A stretch of 63,701 nt of DNA, filler included, from Reticulomyxa filosa (GCA_000512085.1; 22 parts of 22 records of this genome joined end to end with filler, not necessarily neighbours in it), one strand, 5' to 3'. Positions 51,396-63,480 are shown, numbered from the whole stretch's first letter. The notes: generated from the letters alone by a model not told the origin. Translations and numbers: made by a program.

Positions 51396-51703
51396 ACATT
51401 ATTCGTGCAATGATTAGGTGTCGACAATGACTCACATTGTTCCATGTATAACACCTCTTGTTCCTCACTTTGCAACTGCAACAGCTGTTCGTCATTTTCG
51501 AGAATACGTTTGGAATGTTCCTTGAACAGCAAGCTACGCTTTATAAAGAATTGCTTCATTTGTGATAGCACCTCCTTTTGGATATGCTGACGCTCACTCC
51601 GATAATTCGATACTGCACTTTTTACTCGGTTGTCCAATTGCTCCCATTCTCGTTTCACTTCTTCACTCAACTCTTCGTTGACATTCACCATATCTGTTTC
51701 CAT
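50341..51703 (-). CDS. Hypothetical coiled-coil protein with D/N/E low-complexity tracts, frameshift near 50820
   Basis: ORF 50804-51703 continues into the helical frame of 50476-50934 (SLYEATLATIRLKKESLENSKR...). Confidence 0.55.
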
Positions 51704-52435
51704 TTTTTTTTTTCCACCCTTTTTTTTCTTTTTTTTTTTCTCTCGCTCTTTTTGGTGACAATCACAGTCGGCACGTTCAAATAAAAATCAAATTACAAAT
51801 TGGAAAAATTTTAAAAAATCAGGCCAGTTGACTAAATTCCCCAGAAATTGATTAACCAAAAACACGTGTTTTTGCTTGGGAAAAAAAGCTTTAAACGTTA
51901 TGCGCAAGGGACACTTAAAAAAAACTTGGAAAAGTTCTTTCTTGTTTTTGCGCGTCTAGTGGGAAAACGCAAAAACGCGCTCGGTACGCACAACTAATGC
52001 GAAACATGCTTAAAAAAAAAAGGGGGTGAAAATATCCCTCAATCAAAACATGCTTTTTTTCCATTTGTTTTGATTATGTTTTTTTTTTGATGAGAAAGAA
52101 AAATATCTGGCAATAATAAAACAGAAGCATCACATTTGTGAAAAGTAGTTTTTCTTAAATACTCGAATGTTGTTGAAGTTGAAATATGCAAAATAAAACA
52201 TGTGGTTAGGATTAAAACAGTACATAAAGAAACAGTTAAAAGATGCATTTTAGTGATTCACTAAATGAAGAAAGTCACCAAATCTTTTTTTATCTATTCT
52301 CTCATTTCACGAGAATATTTTTATTAGCCAAAAAAGCATGTTGTGGAAAGCAACAACCCCGAGAATTGACCCAACAAAATTAAACTTGTATCAAACGGGA
52401 AAAAAACAAGACAAACACAAGATGATCAATGCGTC

Positions 52436-52648
52436 TCACACAGATACTGGAGATGTTTGTGCTTGTTGAATTAATTTTTTATTGGACTCCAAGATGGGAT
52501 CAATTGTTTCTGAAATGAATTCTTCCACTTGTTCTGGTGCTCTTCCGATGAAGCGTTTTGGGTCAACAAACTGATCCAATTTACCGTGCAGTGATTCAAA
52601 GGCCTTGTGTTTACTCAGTCTTTCTAACAAGTCATTTCCTTTTCCTTC
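52436..52648 (-). CDS. ADSL: Adenylosuccinate lyase, last exon
   Basis: EGKGNDLLERLSKHKAFESLHGKLDQFVDPKRFIGRAPEQVEEFI matches the eukaryotic ADSL C-terminus. A CAG acceptor lies immediately upstream. Confidence 0.88.
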   Translation of the reverse strand, partial: EGKGNDLLERLSKHKAFESLHGKLDQFVDPKRFIGRAPEQVEEFISETIDPILESNKKLIQQAQTSPVSV

Positions 52649-53499
52649 CTGTGCATATGTGCGTGCGTGCATGTGATTTTTGTGCATGCGTGCATGTACA
52701 TAACATATGCGGGGATGTTTGTGCGTGCATTCGCGCATGCATGTGAGAGAGCAACATAAAGGGGAGAGAGAGAGAGAGAGAGAAAAAAAAANNNNNNNNN
52801 NNNNNNNNNNNNNNNNNNNNNNNNNNNNNNNNNNNTTAATTAATTAANNNNNNNNNNNNNNNNNNNNNNNNNNNNNNNNNNNNNNNNNNNNAATTTGTTA
52901 AATTGCTTTAATAGCAATGTTGATAAAATTTGCTCGTGTAATTTTTTATTGTTGCTATTGCGTTTCTAAATGTACCAATTAATTCAATTGATATCAAAAT
53001 AATAATGTATGTTTTGCGATTTTTCATAGAATCCAGATTTTAATTCTTGATATATCTAATTTTGTGGTGTTCGAAATCCATAGATGGAACTAAGTTTTTT
53101 TTTTAGATATTTGCATAAGCTCAAAAAAAAATGAAAAGAAAAAAACTTAAAACCAAACTTCTCATTCATTAGGTCTTCGATTCCTGGAATGGGCGAAATG
53201 CAAAATTTCGTCAATATTAAATTGTCCTTTTTCATCACGAGTGACACACTTGAGCGGCAATATCAGAGTAATATTTCTTCCATTTAACCATTCTTGAATT
53301 TCGTTTGATATCGATCGTGAGCATGCGCGTAGTTTTTATGTAATGCAAGAACGCTTGTGCTGCTTCCATCTTCAATTTTTCGTATCTTAAGCGATTTGTC
53401 CCTTTCTTCATTGATTTCCATCCACTTGCCCAACAGACTGATCTTTGCCGACAAAATAACTTTTAAAGATTTCTTCATATTTAAAATCCTGAACCTCCA

Positions 53500-55085
53500 A
53501 CACCTTGCTATCTTTTGTTTTCTGTGAGGAGGTCTCAAAATTTCCACAACACGTCATTTTGACCATCACTCAAAGGGGTCCCTCCCAATATCAAACAAAA
53601 TAAGTGAACGAAATTTTTGCTATCATTTAATCAAAAAAAAAAATTGCAGAATTGATATATTTTACTTTGAGTTGTATTGATTGATTGTTTTTGATTGTTT
53701 TTTTCTATTTTTTTTCAAAAATGTTTCTCATGGGATTAAAAAAAAAAAAACTATTGTTATTGCAGAAAAAAAAAAAAAAAATTTTGTATTTTCTTGATTA
53801 ATTTATCACCAAATAAAAAATAAAAAAATGACATGGACGTTGTTTTTTGAGTAGTCCAAATGTGCATTGATCAAAATATCATATATCCTGAACTTTGAAA
53901 AGTGCAGCAAGTAACCAAGGTTAAAAGTTGAGTAGTTATTGTTTTTTTTTTAAAACGTCTTTTTGTTCTTTTAATATTTGTACTCAATTCGTTACTTTTT
54001 CTTTGTTTTACTCTTCTGATACTTTACTATCTATTTTCCATGACTATGAATACCACTTTCTAATTAACGTTTTTGTTTATCGTGAATGGAACAATTCTGT
54101 ATTGACTGCTACCACTATCATTTGGTGATGAATTCGAAGTCAAATGTTTTAAAACAGTGTAAATACAAAAACTTAAATAAACTTTATTAAATTCATAAGT
54201 AGCATGTAATCAGTAATTGCATCATATTAAAAAATGATTTTATTTGATATACATAAAAATAAAAACGTTTTAGTTTGCACACCATTAAAAAGATTGAAAC
54301 CAAATTTCATTAAGTCTTTGATTACTTGCAATATATTCTATTTGCCTTCTTTTTTTTTATCGATTTGCATACATCCAATGCAATTATGAAGACGTACTTG
54401 AGAGAGATAATGTTTCGATTACATTTTTTTTTTTCATACACAAACAATATTGTATTTTATTTGACTGCAACAAATTTTGACGTTCTTAAAAGTTGCAAAT
54501 GTGTCGAAATCGTCGTTTGTATTCAAAATTACGAACATCTAACACGTTGATATACTTTGTTCTCTGTGCAGAGGTCTCAAAATTTGTGAGAGACTTCATT
54601 TCGGACATTACCCAAAGGCAACACAAAATAAGTGAACAAAAACTTCAATTTTTTTATATAATCTTATTAAAAAATGTTCATTTGTTCAATCAAAAAAAAA
54701 AATATTTGTAGAAATGATATATTTTTGCTTTCAATAGTATTTATTTATTATTTTTTTCTAAAAGTGTTTCCCAGGTGATTCAAAAAAAAAAAATCACAAA
54801 TCAAAAATAAAAAACAAAATGAGTAATCCAAATATCGTGTACTCTGAACTTTTGTCAAAATTTAACGCATCAAGATTAAAATTCGACTCGTAATTGTTAT
54901 TTACAAAAAGGACTTTGACTAAAACGTTTTATTCAGTTACATCACTTTTAAAAGTTTTTGCAATGCAAAGAAAAGGAATGATCTTTCTTCTTCATTTAAC
55001 ACTTACAGTCAATTCTTTAATTTGAGCGTTCGTGTTTCTTCATTCCACTCTCCTGACTCTATTCTCCATGATTCTTCCAATATGT
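53500..55085. repeat. Diverged ~1-kb tandem duplication of a decayed gene start and upstream region
   Basis: GAGGTCTCAAAATTT at 53529 and 54571, CAAAATAAGTGAAC at ~53597 and ~54624, and further shared blocks. Minus strand reads NFETSSQKTK..VLEVQDF versus NFETSAQRTK..VLDVRNF. Confidence 0.65.
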
Positions 55086-55466
55086 GAATGTTTCAAATTA
55101 TTTTTATATTTAATCTATTTATCAAGTAGAAAAATCAAATGAATATATGTTTTATTGAATCCGAANNNNNNNNNNNNNNNNNNNNNNNNNNNNNNNNNNN
55201 NNNNNNNNNTTAATTAATTAANNNNNNNNNNNNNNNNNNNNNNNNNNNNNNNNNNNNNNNNNNNNGTTAAATGAAAATGATTGTTTTTTTTTTTTTATTG
55301 AAAATGTGTCCAATATCAATATTATGTTGATCTAACAAAATATATTTTCGTGGATCCACATTTTTACTACAATAACCATCATATGCAAAATAACATTAAC
55401 AATAAAACAATAATATCTATTGACGCAATTACATACAAAAAATCTCTTGATCACAGTCACGCACAT

Positions 55467-55499
<33 letters not shown>

Positions 55500-56054
55500 T
55501 ATATCATATACACAAACACAAAAGCAAAAACTTGTATTAGATAAAATTTTCTAATCAGTTTTGGGGCATACAAAAAAAGTATGGTGCATGAAATTTTGTA
55601 AAGGGTAAGGGATCATGGCAACAATAAGATTTTTAACTACCTGAAATGGTAGTGAATACAAGATCAGTTTTTATTTGCTAGCATTATCTGGCCGTATGGC
55701 GGATTTGGCTGGACAGGTTGCTGATATTTTTTTTTCTTCAAAAATCATTTTTTTATTTTTTGTTATTGATAAAAAAAAAACAATTTGCTTGACGTTTTTG
55801 ACAATTTTTTTTTCTTACAAAAATATTTTTTGTTTAAAAAAAAAAACATATTTATTTGCCGATTTGTTATTACTGATCTTTGAATAAACAAATAAAGATT
55901 ATTTTATCAAAAACTTTTAAACTGTCATTAAAAAAAAATTTGCCAACACATAAATAACAAGAAATGATCAAAATGATATTGAAAAAAAAAAAAAAAAAGA
56001 TGATATGGCTTTAAACATAAAATCGAGCGTAGAGTTTTTTTTTTTTCAAATAAT

Positions 56055-56860
56055 TTCAAAATGTAAAACTGTACATCAATGTTCATCATAGCGCCAGCAT
56101 TGTCAAACGAGATTCAAGTCTTGTTTGCTATCACAAAGGATTGAGAGGAGAAGTAAAAAATTGAAAAGTTCAAATATGATGTGTATATGTGTATATAATT
56201 ATAATTTACAGTAAGTAAAAACTTTATTTTTTTTCTACATCCGACGACGAAGTCTCTTCTGTTCAGGATCACTCCATAAGAGAGATCGCACAAGAGCCCA
56301 CTGTTGAGCACTTCGATGGGATGCTTGATCTTGCGCCAGGTATAGTCCATGGACTTGAGTTCGTGAGGAACAGATCACTGGCAAGCAGTTGGTAAACATC
56401 TTTCCTTCCATAAATATACCAAAAATCGTCGCTTGCACTCGTTGTAAAACCCCATAAATGCAATTGATATTCGCATACTCATGATTGCTTACATAGCAAA
56501 TAAAATACTTTTTGGGTATTTCAATTTGAAATAAAGCATTAAGCATATATTTTGCCACGATCTACATAATTCCCTTTTTTTGTACATATACATTGAAGTT
56601 GTCATAAAAAGAGTTTTTTTTTTAGAATCTAAGAAAATGTAACCGTATACGGAGGGGGGGGGGGCACATCGTCCAACTCGAATAAACGCAAAATATCGAA
56701 AAACTGACCATTTATTATGTCTCCAACAAAATCTCTTTCGCTTTCACATAAAAACTTTTCGATATATCACTCTCTTGCATGTTCATCTCTTTCCCTGACT
56801 TGTTGTTTCTCGCTTCCGTCAGGTGTCTTATCATATCTTTACAGTCCACTCCTCCAATCA
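56055..56860 (-). pseudogene. Protein phosphatase 1 catalytic subunit pseudogene (unprocessed)
   Basis: DMIRHLTEARNNKSGK, VGDIINGQFFDILRLFE, GNYVDRG, SNHEYANINCIYG, FYNECKRRF, GLLCDL/LWSDPE, FDNAGAMMNID. Multiple frameshifts and deletions; intron remnants retained. Confidence 0.9.
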
Positions 56861-57224
56861 ACTTTGTGAGGCAACTCTATCAAAATCACTTCTATTATTC
56901 GCATTATTTATCAAAGATATTTATTGATATAGAGTTGAACTTTCATGATTAAAGTTTATTTCTATTATTTTAATGATTAAAGATTATTATCAAAGTTATT
57001 TTCTTTATTATCTTTGTTGTAAATATTTTTTTACAAATAATCTCTTCTTTTTATTGCCAATCTGCATCGCCCTTTATACATAACCCCAACGATCTTCGAA
57101 TGACCGAACATCTAAAAGTTGGAGNNNNNNNNNNNNNNNNNNNNNNNNNNNNNNNNNNNNNNNNNNNNTTAATTAATTAANNNNNNNNNNNNNNNNNNNN
57201 NNNNNNNNNNNNNNNNNNNNNNNN

Positions 57225-57866
57225 TGCTCTTCACTTCTCTTCACTTCACTTCACTTCAATTCAATTCACTTTTTTTCACTTTACTTCCATTCTCTTCACT
57301 TCACTTCACTTCACTTCAATTCACTTATCTTCTCTTCACTTCACTTTTCTTCACTTCACTTCTCATCTCATCTAATCTAATCTCATCTCTTCTCTTCCAT
57401 TCTATTCTCATCTTATCCCATCTCCTCTTCACTTCTTTTTGCTTCTATTCTCTTCTCTTCGCTTCTCTTCCTTTCTCTTCTCTTCGCTTCTATTCACTTC
57501 ACTTCTATTCACTTCTCTTCTCTTCACTTCTATTCTCTTCAATTCTCTTCACTTCACTTCTCTTCACTTCTCTTCACTTCACTTCTCTTCACTTCTATAC
57601 ACTTCTCTTACATTCTCTTCTCTTCACTTCTATGCACTTCTCTTCCATTCTCTTCAATTCTCTTCCCTTCTCATCTCATCTAGTCTCATCTAGTCCTTCA
57701 CTTCACTTTTCTTCACTTCACTTCTAATCTCATCTATTCTATTCTCATCTCCTCTCTTTTCTTCGATTCTATTTTCATCTCATATCATATCGTCTCTTCT
57801 AATCTAGTCTATTCTCTTCTCGTCTAATCTCTTCCTCTTCTTCTTCTATTTATTTTCTATTCTTCC
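57225..57866. repeat. Degenerate pentanucleotide microsatellite (TTCAC/TTCTC/CTCAT)n
   Basis: About 640 bp of pyrimidine-rich 5-mer repeats. Confidence 0.92.
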
Positions 57867-57934
57867 TCTACAAATGAAAAATATTTGTTTGTTGTATGTG
57901 TATTGCTATAGCACAACAAGATGGCTCCGGTCCA

Positions 57935-58070
57935 GCAAGATGGCTCCAGTAAAGATAGTTCCGGTAAAGATGGTTCCAGTAAAGATGGTTCCAGTAAAGA
58001 TGGTTCCAGTAAAGATGGCACCAGTAAAGATAGTTCCAGTAAAGATTGTTGCTGCCAAGATTGTTCCGGT
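57935..58070. repeat. 15-bp tandem minisatellite (CCAGTAAAGATGGTT)n, possibly coding (PVKMV)n
   Basis: About 8-9 imperfect copies. Variation is mostly at third positions of the PVKMV frame. Confidence 0.8.
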
Positions 58071-58324
58071 GGGTCCTAAAAATCGCAACCACCAACCCTC
58101 TACGTGGGAGGACCTAGTAACACACTTTGAGTGTGGCTAAGGTGAAGTTCACCAGGTGGGCGTATTCACAAAATTAAGTTAGAAACTATTTTTACTTCGG
58201 CATTACAATTATTAATGAAACGATNNNNNNNNNNNNNNNNNNNNNNNNNNNNNNNNNNNNNNNNNNNNTTAATTAATTAANNNNNNNNNNNNNNNNNNNN
58301 NNNNNNNNNNNNNNNNNNNNNNNN

Positions 58325-58357
<33 letters not shown>

Positions 58358-58469
58358 CCCCATTTAAATAACACAAACAAATAAATGTGTCTAATTTATA
58401 TTTTACGCTCACAATACGCCAATTGTACAATACATAATATACGCGTATATACGTACATAATGCAAAAAG

Positions 58470-60279
58470 GTGAACTGGAAACCAAGGAAAGGGGCAGTGG
58501 AGGTGATGTCAAAAACATGTTACGTAAGTTTGAATATAACGCACTTGGACATTCAAGAAAAGTTGGAAGACGCAAAAGCGGTGTGTGTAGTGAAATTTCA
58601 AGTTCGGCTGCTGTGGCTTTGTGAACGCGAGGACTACATTCAGTATTCACAAACTTTGGAGAATCAAGAAAAATATACAACGAGCTTTCTTCCCAAATTG
58701 AAAGTATCAGCCCGAGATGTGAAGGAAGTGACAGAAGATAAAAAAGTTCGTGTGGTGAATGTAAGAGACTTCTTTGGGGATCAATTGATCGATCAATTGC
58801 GTGACTTTGAAAATATTGCCAAGGGCTTGGATGGAAAAAAAGTGAAATTATTGACTACGTTTAACGACGAAAAGGTGTCGCTGGCAATCCTTCCGCAACA
58901 CCGAGAAATCATTGCCCGAGCGAACAACGAAGAAACGCTCGTCTTCACGGTCCGCGCAGTGACAAGTATGGACACTGGCATGGAAATGGGCGTGATGTTC
59001 GAGTACGTGGAAAAGAGCACTAACAAAGACGCTGAGGGGGCAAACAACACGAAAAAAGGCATTGATTGGAGCACAAAGTACTATTTGACTTGCGATGCGA
59101 ATGGCAGTTGTGCCAAAACGGAAAAGAAAGCGCGCTCGCTCAGCCAAATTTGGAAAATTTATCGAAAGGCAGGTGGATTTGAAATATCCTCGATGAAGTA
59201 TCCCGAGTTATTTTTAGGAATCAAAAACTTGGACTATCCGATTAACGCCAAGTGTGGAGCAGACCAAGCAAAGCTGTGGCAATTGGAAGGGGACCTTGCA
59301 TCATTGGACTTGAAAGTGTCCGTATTCGGATATTTGAATGTCGTGGAATACGAATACGAATGTACCATCGATGAGCCTTTTGAATTGCGAAATTATCCTT
59401 TTGACTATCAAGATGTACCCCTTCGCATCAAACCGGAGAACTTTAATGAAATCCTACCTGCATATTGCAACGTTGGCAATGACAACAAGCACTTTGTGAA
59501 AATTGCAGGCGAAGCTGTTTCTTTGGGTTTGTTACTTGTTTTTGGATATTTTTATCAACTTATTTTTTTTTCCCTCTCCTCATCACAAGTGTTTGTTCCA
59601 ATGTTTATTATTTACATTATATATGTACATAATTTTTTTCTCTTTGTGGACAATACAACGACGCACAGGTACCTTTAAAGTTCAAAACTTGGTGACCGAA
59701 TTTTGGTCTGACCATGCTTCGTCGGAGATTCGCGTATTGCTGAAGTGTGCGCGCAACTTCCAACCGGTGTTGATCAATTACGTCTTTTTAATATCGGGTG
59801 TGTGTGCACTGTCGCTGACCTCCTTTGCAGTTCCGGACACCGAAGTGTCTGGACGTTTGCAAATTGTGTTGGGTCTGCTGTTGGCTCTGATGTTTATTGA
59901 AATTCCCAAAACACAAACTGTCACCTATATGGACCAGTATTTCTTTGTTAGCTTTTTTTACGTCGTTGCAATATCTATTCAAAATGCCGTTGCTCCGCAA
60001 ATCAGTTTCATTGACAATCGCACATGGATAGCTTTGTTTACGAGTTTTTACTTTGTCTACCATTTGTTGTTCATTTTGCGAAGCTATTACGTGGCGAAAA
60101 AAGAAGAAATCAAAGCCAATATGTCATCCGTTGCCATCAAGAAAGCCGTGAGCAAAACAGAAAATCGCGCCTTGGGAACAATGGCAAGCAGCTGGACACC
60201 TCGTACGAACTCTCAACGATACAAAATGATGCGATATGACGCAGAGCCATTGCGCTTTAAAGTTATAATAAACACGTGA
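58470..60279 (+). CDS. Cys-less pentameric ligand-gated ion channel subunit with a large extracellular insertion (5' truncated; intron 59527-59668)
   Basis: beta1/beta2 CYVSLNITHLDI...KFQVRLLW; Pro-loop FELRNYPFDYQD; pre-M1 Arg (CARN); M1-M4 with SGRLQIVLGLLLAL and IPKTQTVTYMDQY. Confidence 0.82.
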
Positions 60280-60362
60280 CAATTGAATAGACCAATCTAT
60301 AAAAATAGCAATAAAACTATTTTTTTTAAAAATAAATATATGAATAAAATTAGGAAGGGCTA

Positions 60363-61301
60363 TTGGATCTCATGGAAGATCTCGACAACTTCTTGGACGA
60401 TGGCACCTTGCCCAAAGACACAGACAAAAACGCAAAGTATTGGTACTTTGTGTTGCTGGCGTTGGCCTCGGCATTACCTTTGCTAGCATCTTTAATGCAA
60501 ATTGTGGTGGTGTTCAATTCCAATTGTAGTCAGTCTGGATTTGCGGCCGAAAGTGTAATATTGCTATTTCTGGTAGTGCTTCCTTTGATTTTGTATCCAT
60601 TCTTCTGGGCGGGGAAAATCGACGACAGTTCAACAAATAAATGTTGGCGCTGGACTTTGGTCACTGTGGGTGCATTGGCTGTTGCCGCTCAATTCGCGCT
60701 TGCTGCTCACTCGTGTAATATTTGGTCTCATCAGCACATATGCCATGCAGGACAGGGAGCCGTTGAACTGTTATTTGTTTTGTTTGTATGTTGGTTGGTT
60801 TACTACGTCGTTTTGATGGTCGTGGGTCTGTACATGCTATGCAAGACAGCTAACGATGCCGAAGAAAAGGCAATAATAGTAATGCTCGTGTTTTTGTTCC
60901 TTATATTCTTCATTTTGCCATTGTGTGCAGCCTCTGTACAAGTGGCAGTATTGCACGCTGGCTCTGGCTGTACGGGCTCAAACAGTGTGACGTGGGCAGA
61001 AGCTGTTTCGCTGCTGGTTCTTGTTGTGTTATCGATTGTTGGGTGGAGTTCTATCTTCCCTGCCGCATATGCAGACATGAGCGCAACGGTTGGATTTGCA
61101 GCGTGTTGCAGTATCCTGATGAATTTTGTTCAATTCGGTTTGTCTTGCCATAGTTTGGCATACTTTTCCGATGATTCAACAAGTTGTAGTAGCGACAGCC
61201 TAAAGTCATTGGCTTATGGGCTTTTTATGGCTTGGGTCATCGTTGATGGGCTGTCACTTTTAGGGTTTTGTTGCCTTTGTGTTGTTGCAATGTTTCAATG
61301 A
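60363..61301 (+). CDS. Intronless ~8-TM protein built from two homologous 4-TM halves
   Basis: 312 aa. LPLLASLMQ..C..AESVILLFLVVL..QFALAAHS..C..LFVCW is repeated as LPLCAASVQ..C..AEAVSLLVLVVL..QFGLSCHS..C..LFMAW. Confidence 0.8.
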   Translation: MDLMEDLDNFLDDGTLPKDTDKNAKYWYFVLLALASALPLLASLMQIVVVFNSNCSQSGFAAESVILLFLVVLPLILYPFFWAGKIDDSSTNKCWRWTLVTVGALAVAAQFALAAHSCNIWSHQHICHAGQGAVELLFVLFVCWLVYYVVLMVVGLYMLCKTANDAEEKAIIVMLVFLFLIFFILPLCAASVQVAVLHAGSGCTGSNSVTWAEAVSLLVLVVLSIVGWSSIFPAAYADMSATVGFAACCSILMNFVQFGLSCHSLAYFSDDSTSCSSDSLKSLAYGLFMAWVIVDGLSLLGFCCLCVVAMFQ

Positions 61302-62019
61302 AAGGAATCTGAAGTACTTTTGTGCTATTTTGCTGTCTAATTTGTCTATAAATGCAAAATTCGCCAGAGAAATACTCGATACAGTGATCAAGTTTTACTC
61401 AACGGTCTCTATAACACTTTTCTTGTACGTAAATGAACCACACTAAAAATAAAAAGCTGGATAATTGAATTATACTTACAAATACTGAACCTCCATAAAA
61501 AATAAACGTTGCCACAATTTGTCAACTATAGATCCCTAAAGTCAATATCTGCAAAAGTTTGTCCCAAAGGGATCTTTTCTTGTAATCAACCGTATATAAA
61601 AAATCGTGGCTGATGCTCAAGGCGAGGTAGTACATTTTTTGCTGCCCAAAAGGTTTTATAGCTAATCAAGAGAAAGGAGACAGAGCAATCCCACCAATAA
61701 CGCATCTTCAGCATTTTGTTAACTATGTAGCAAACTTTTCACCTTGTCTCAAACTTTAAATCGTATACGTTTTAAACAAAATGTCCTAATATCCCAATAT
61801 TCTTTTTTTTGTCGAAATTTTTGCTTTTCCCTCCGTTAATGATTAACGAAACTTTTTTTGCTGTGGTCAAAAATTAATTTAGGCTTTCTACGTAACCTTT
61901 TTAATTGAAAAAATCCAAAACTAAAGCAAAAAAAAGTTTAGTTGGGCAGACAAGTGGAAAAAAGGACACCACTTGAAGAAAACCTTTACAAGCAAAAACA
62001 AAAAAAACGTTCGCATTAA

Positions 62020-62550
62020 TTAAAACAAAAATGCGACAACAACAGCTACGACCAAATTAGTGACAACAAAGAAGGAAGAAGCACCTTTAGTGGTGGCTGT
62101 GGTTTCCGGTTTGCCAACAAAGCATTTATCGAACTATAAAAAAACAAACATGTTCGAATATTTCAAAAAAAAGAAAAAAATATATTTTTTAACTATTCCG
62201 TAAACAGCAATTGACTGGGTATCAGAGACACTGAAATCAGTGACTTTTTTGCACGTTGTTTCAAATTTCCAAGCAGCGCAATATAAATCATCTACACAAT
62301 ACTCAGGGGCAACTGTTGTGGCAGGAATAGGGGCAGGTGTAGTTGCAGGTTTTTCACTGGTTTCAGGTTCTTCGGTGCTAGTTTCAGATTCTTCGGTAGT
62401 TTCAGGTCCTTCACTGGTTTCGTATTCACTGGTTTCGTATTCACTGGTTTCGTATTCACTGGTTTCGTATTCACTGGTTTCGTATTCACTAGTTTCATAT
62501 TCACTAGTTTCATATTCACTAGTTTCATATTCACTGGTTTCATATTCACT
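62020..62550 (-). CDS. Mucin-like acidic (ETSEY)n surface protein with a Cys domain and GPI-signal-like C-terminus (5' truncated; intron 62134-62193)
   Basis: A frame missing from the ORF track: (ETSEY)n-ETSEGPETTEES...PATTVAPEYCVDDLYCAAWKFETTCKK...YGI|FDKCFVGKPETTATTKGASSFFVVTNLVVAVVAFLF*. Repeat variants (ACC/ACT, TAC/TAT) are synonymous in this frame. Confidence 0.8.
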
Positions 62551-63095
62551 NNNNNNNNNNNNNNNNNNNNNNNNNNNNNNNNNNNNNNNNNNNNTTAATT
62601 AATTAANNNNNNNNNNNNNNNNNNNNNNNNNNNNNNNNNNNNNNNNNNNNAAAAAAAAAAGTGCACTTTGTTACCAAGTATTTTATGTTTACGTTTTATA
62701 GGTTATGATTCGCACAACGAAAAAAGAAAAATTCCAAATCGAAGTAATTCACTTTATAATTATAAACTTGATTTCTTTTAATTTGAAGTGTTGTGTAAAA
62801 CAATTTCTTTTTTAGTTGGTTAATAAAGGGGTAAGAAATTTGCGTTTTTTTTGATGTCGTTAAATATTAGCTTTTATCAAGCAAAGAAAAAAACACACCG
62901 CAAAGCAAAGTTTTGTGGAGAAGACTTGGCATAAAGGCCACGTAACATTTTCAACACCTTCAAAAAAGCCATTGACATTAATCTATTATGACAATTAAAA
63001 ACTGCTTCGTCTGTACTTTTTGCAAATTGACAAACCAATCAATTCAATTTCCCAACTGATGTATTTATGGAATGACCAAGAAAGTGTAAAAAAAG

Positions 63096-63480
63096 ATGAA
63101 ATATAAAAGCACAAATGCTGTGTATATTTGGAATGGTGTGATGAAAAGACGGGGAAATATCAATACTTTGATCTTTTTCAATGTTTCCACTTGGAAAGAA
63201 GAATTTGATATTGTTATTGATTTTAAGAGAAAAATTGCACTTTTGGAAGAGTTGTATAATCATATTGACAAAATTCATTCGGAATTAAAGTGTGACAATG
63301 TTTATATTCATTGCTTGTCTGGTGCTCATAGAAGTCCTTTTATTACTGGTTGTTATCTCGCCAAATATGTTGGAATGAAGAATAAATGTTCAAAATATAT
63401 TTGATCACATGCATCAATTGAGAAATATTGTTCAGCCTTTAACTTATCAACGATGTTTGGATCAATATTCAACATATTGA
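63096..63480 (+). pseudogene. Dual-specificity phosphatase-like gene, frameshifted (pseudogene or sequencing error)
   Basis: CX5R loop VYIHCLSGAHRS. The expected continuation FDHMHQLRNIVQP lies in another frame at ~63400, and upstream frames contain stops. Confidence 0.6.

Noticed and set aside
50594-51495. Poly-I, poly-Y, poly-L and poly-H ORFs (also 20594-21427 and 57439-57693)
   Set aside because: Alternative-frame readings of microsatellites.
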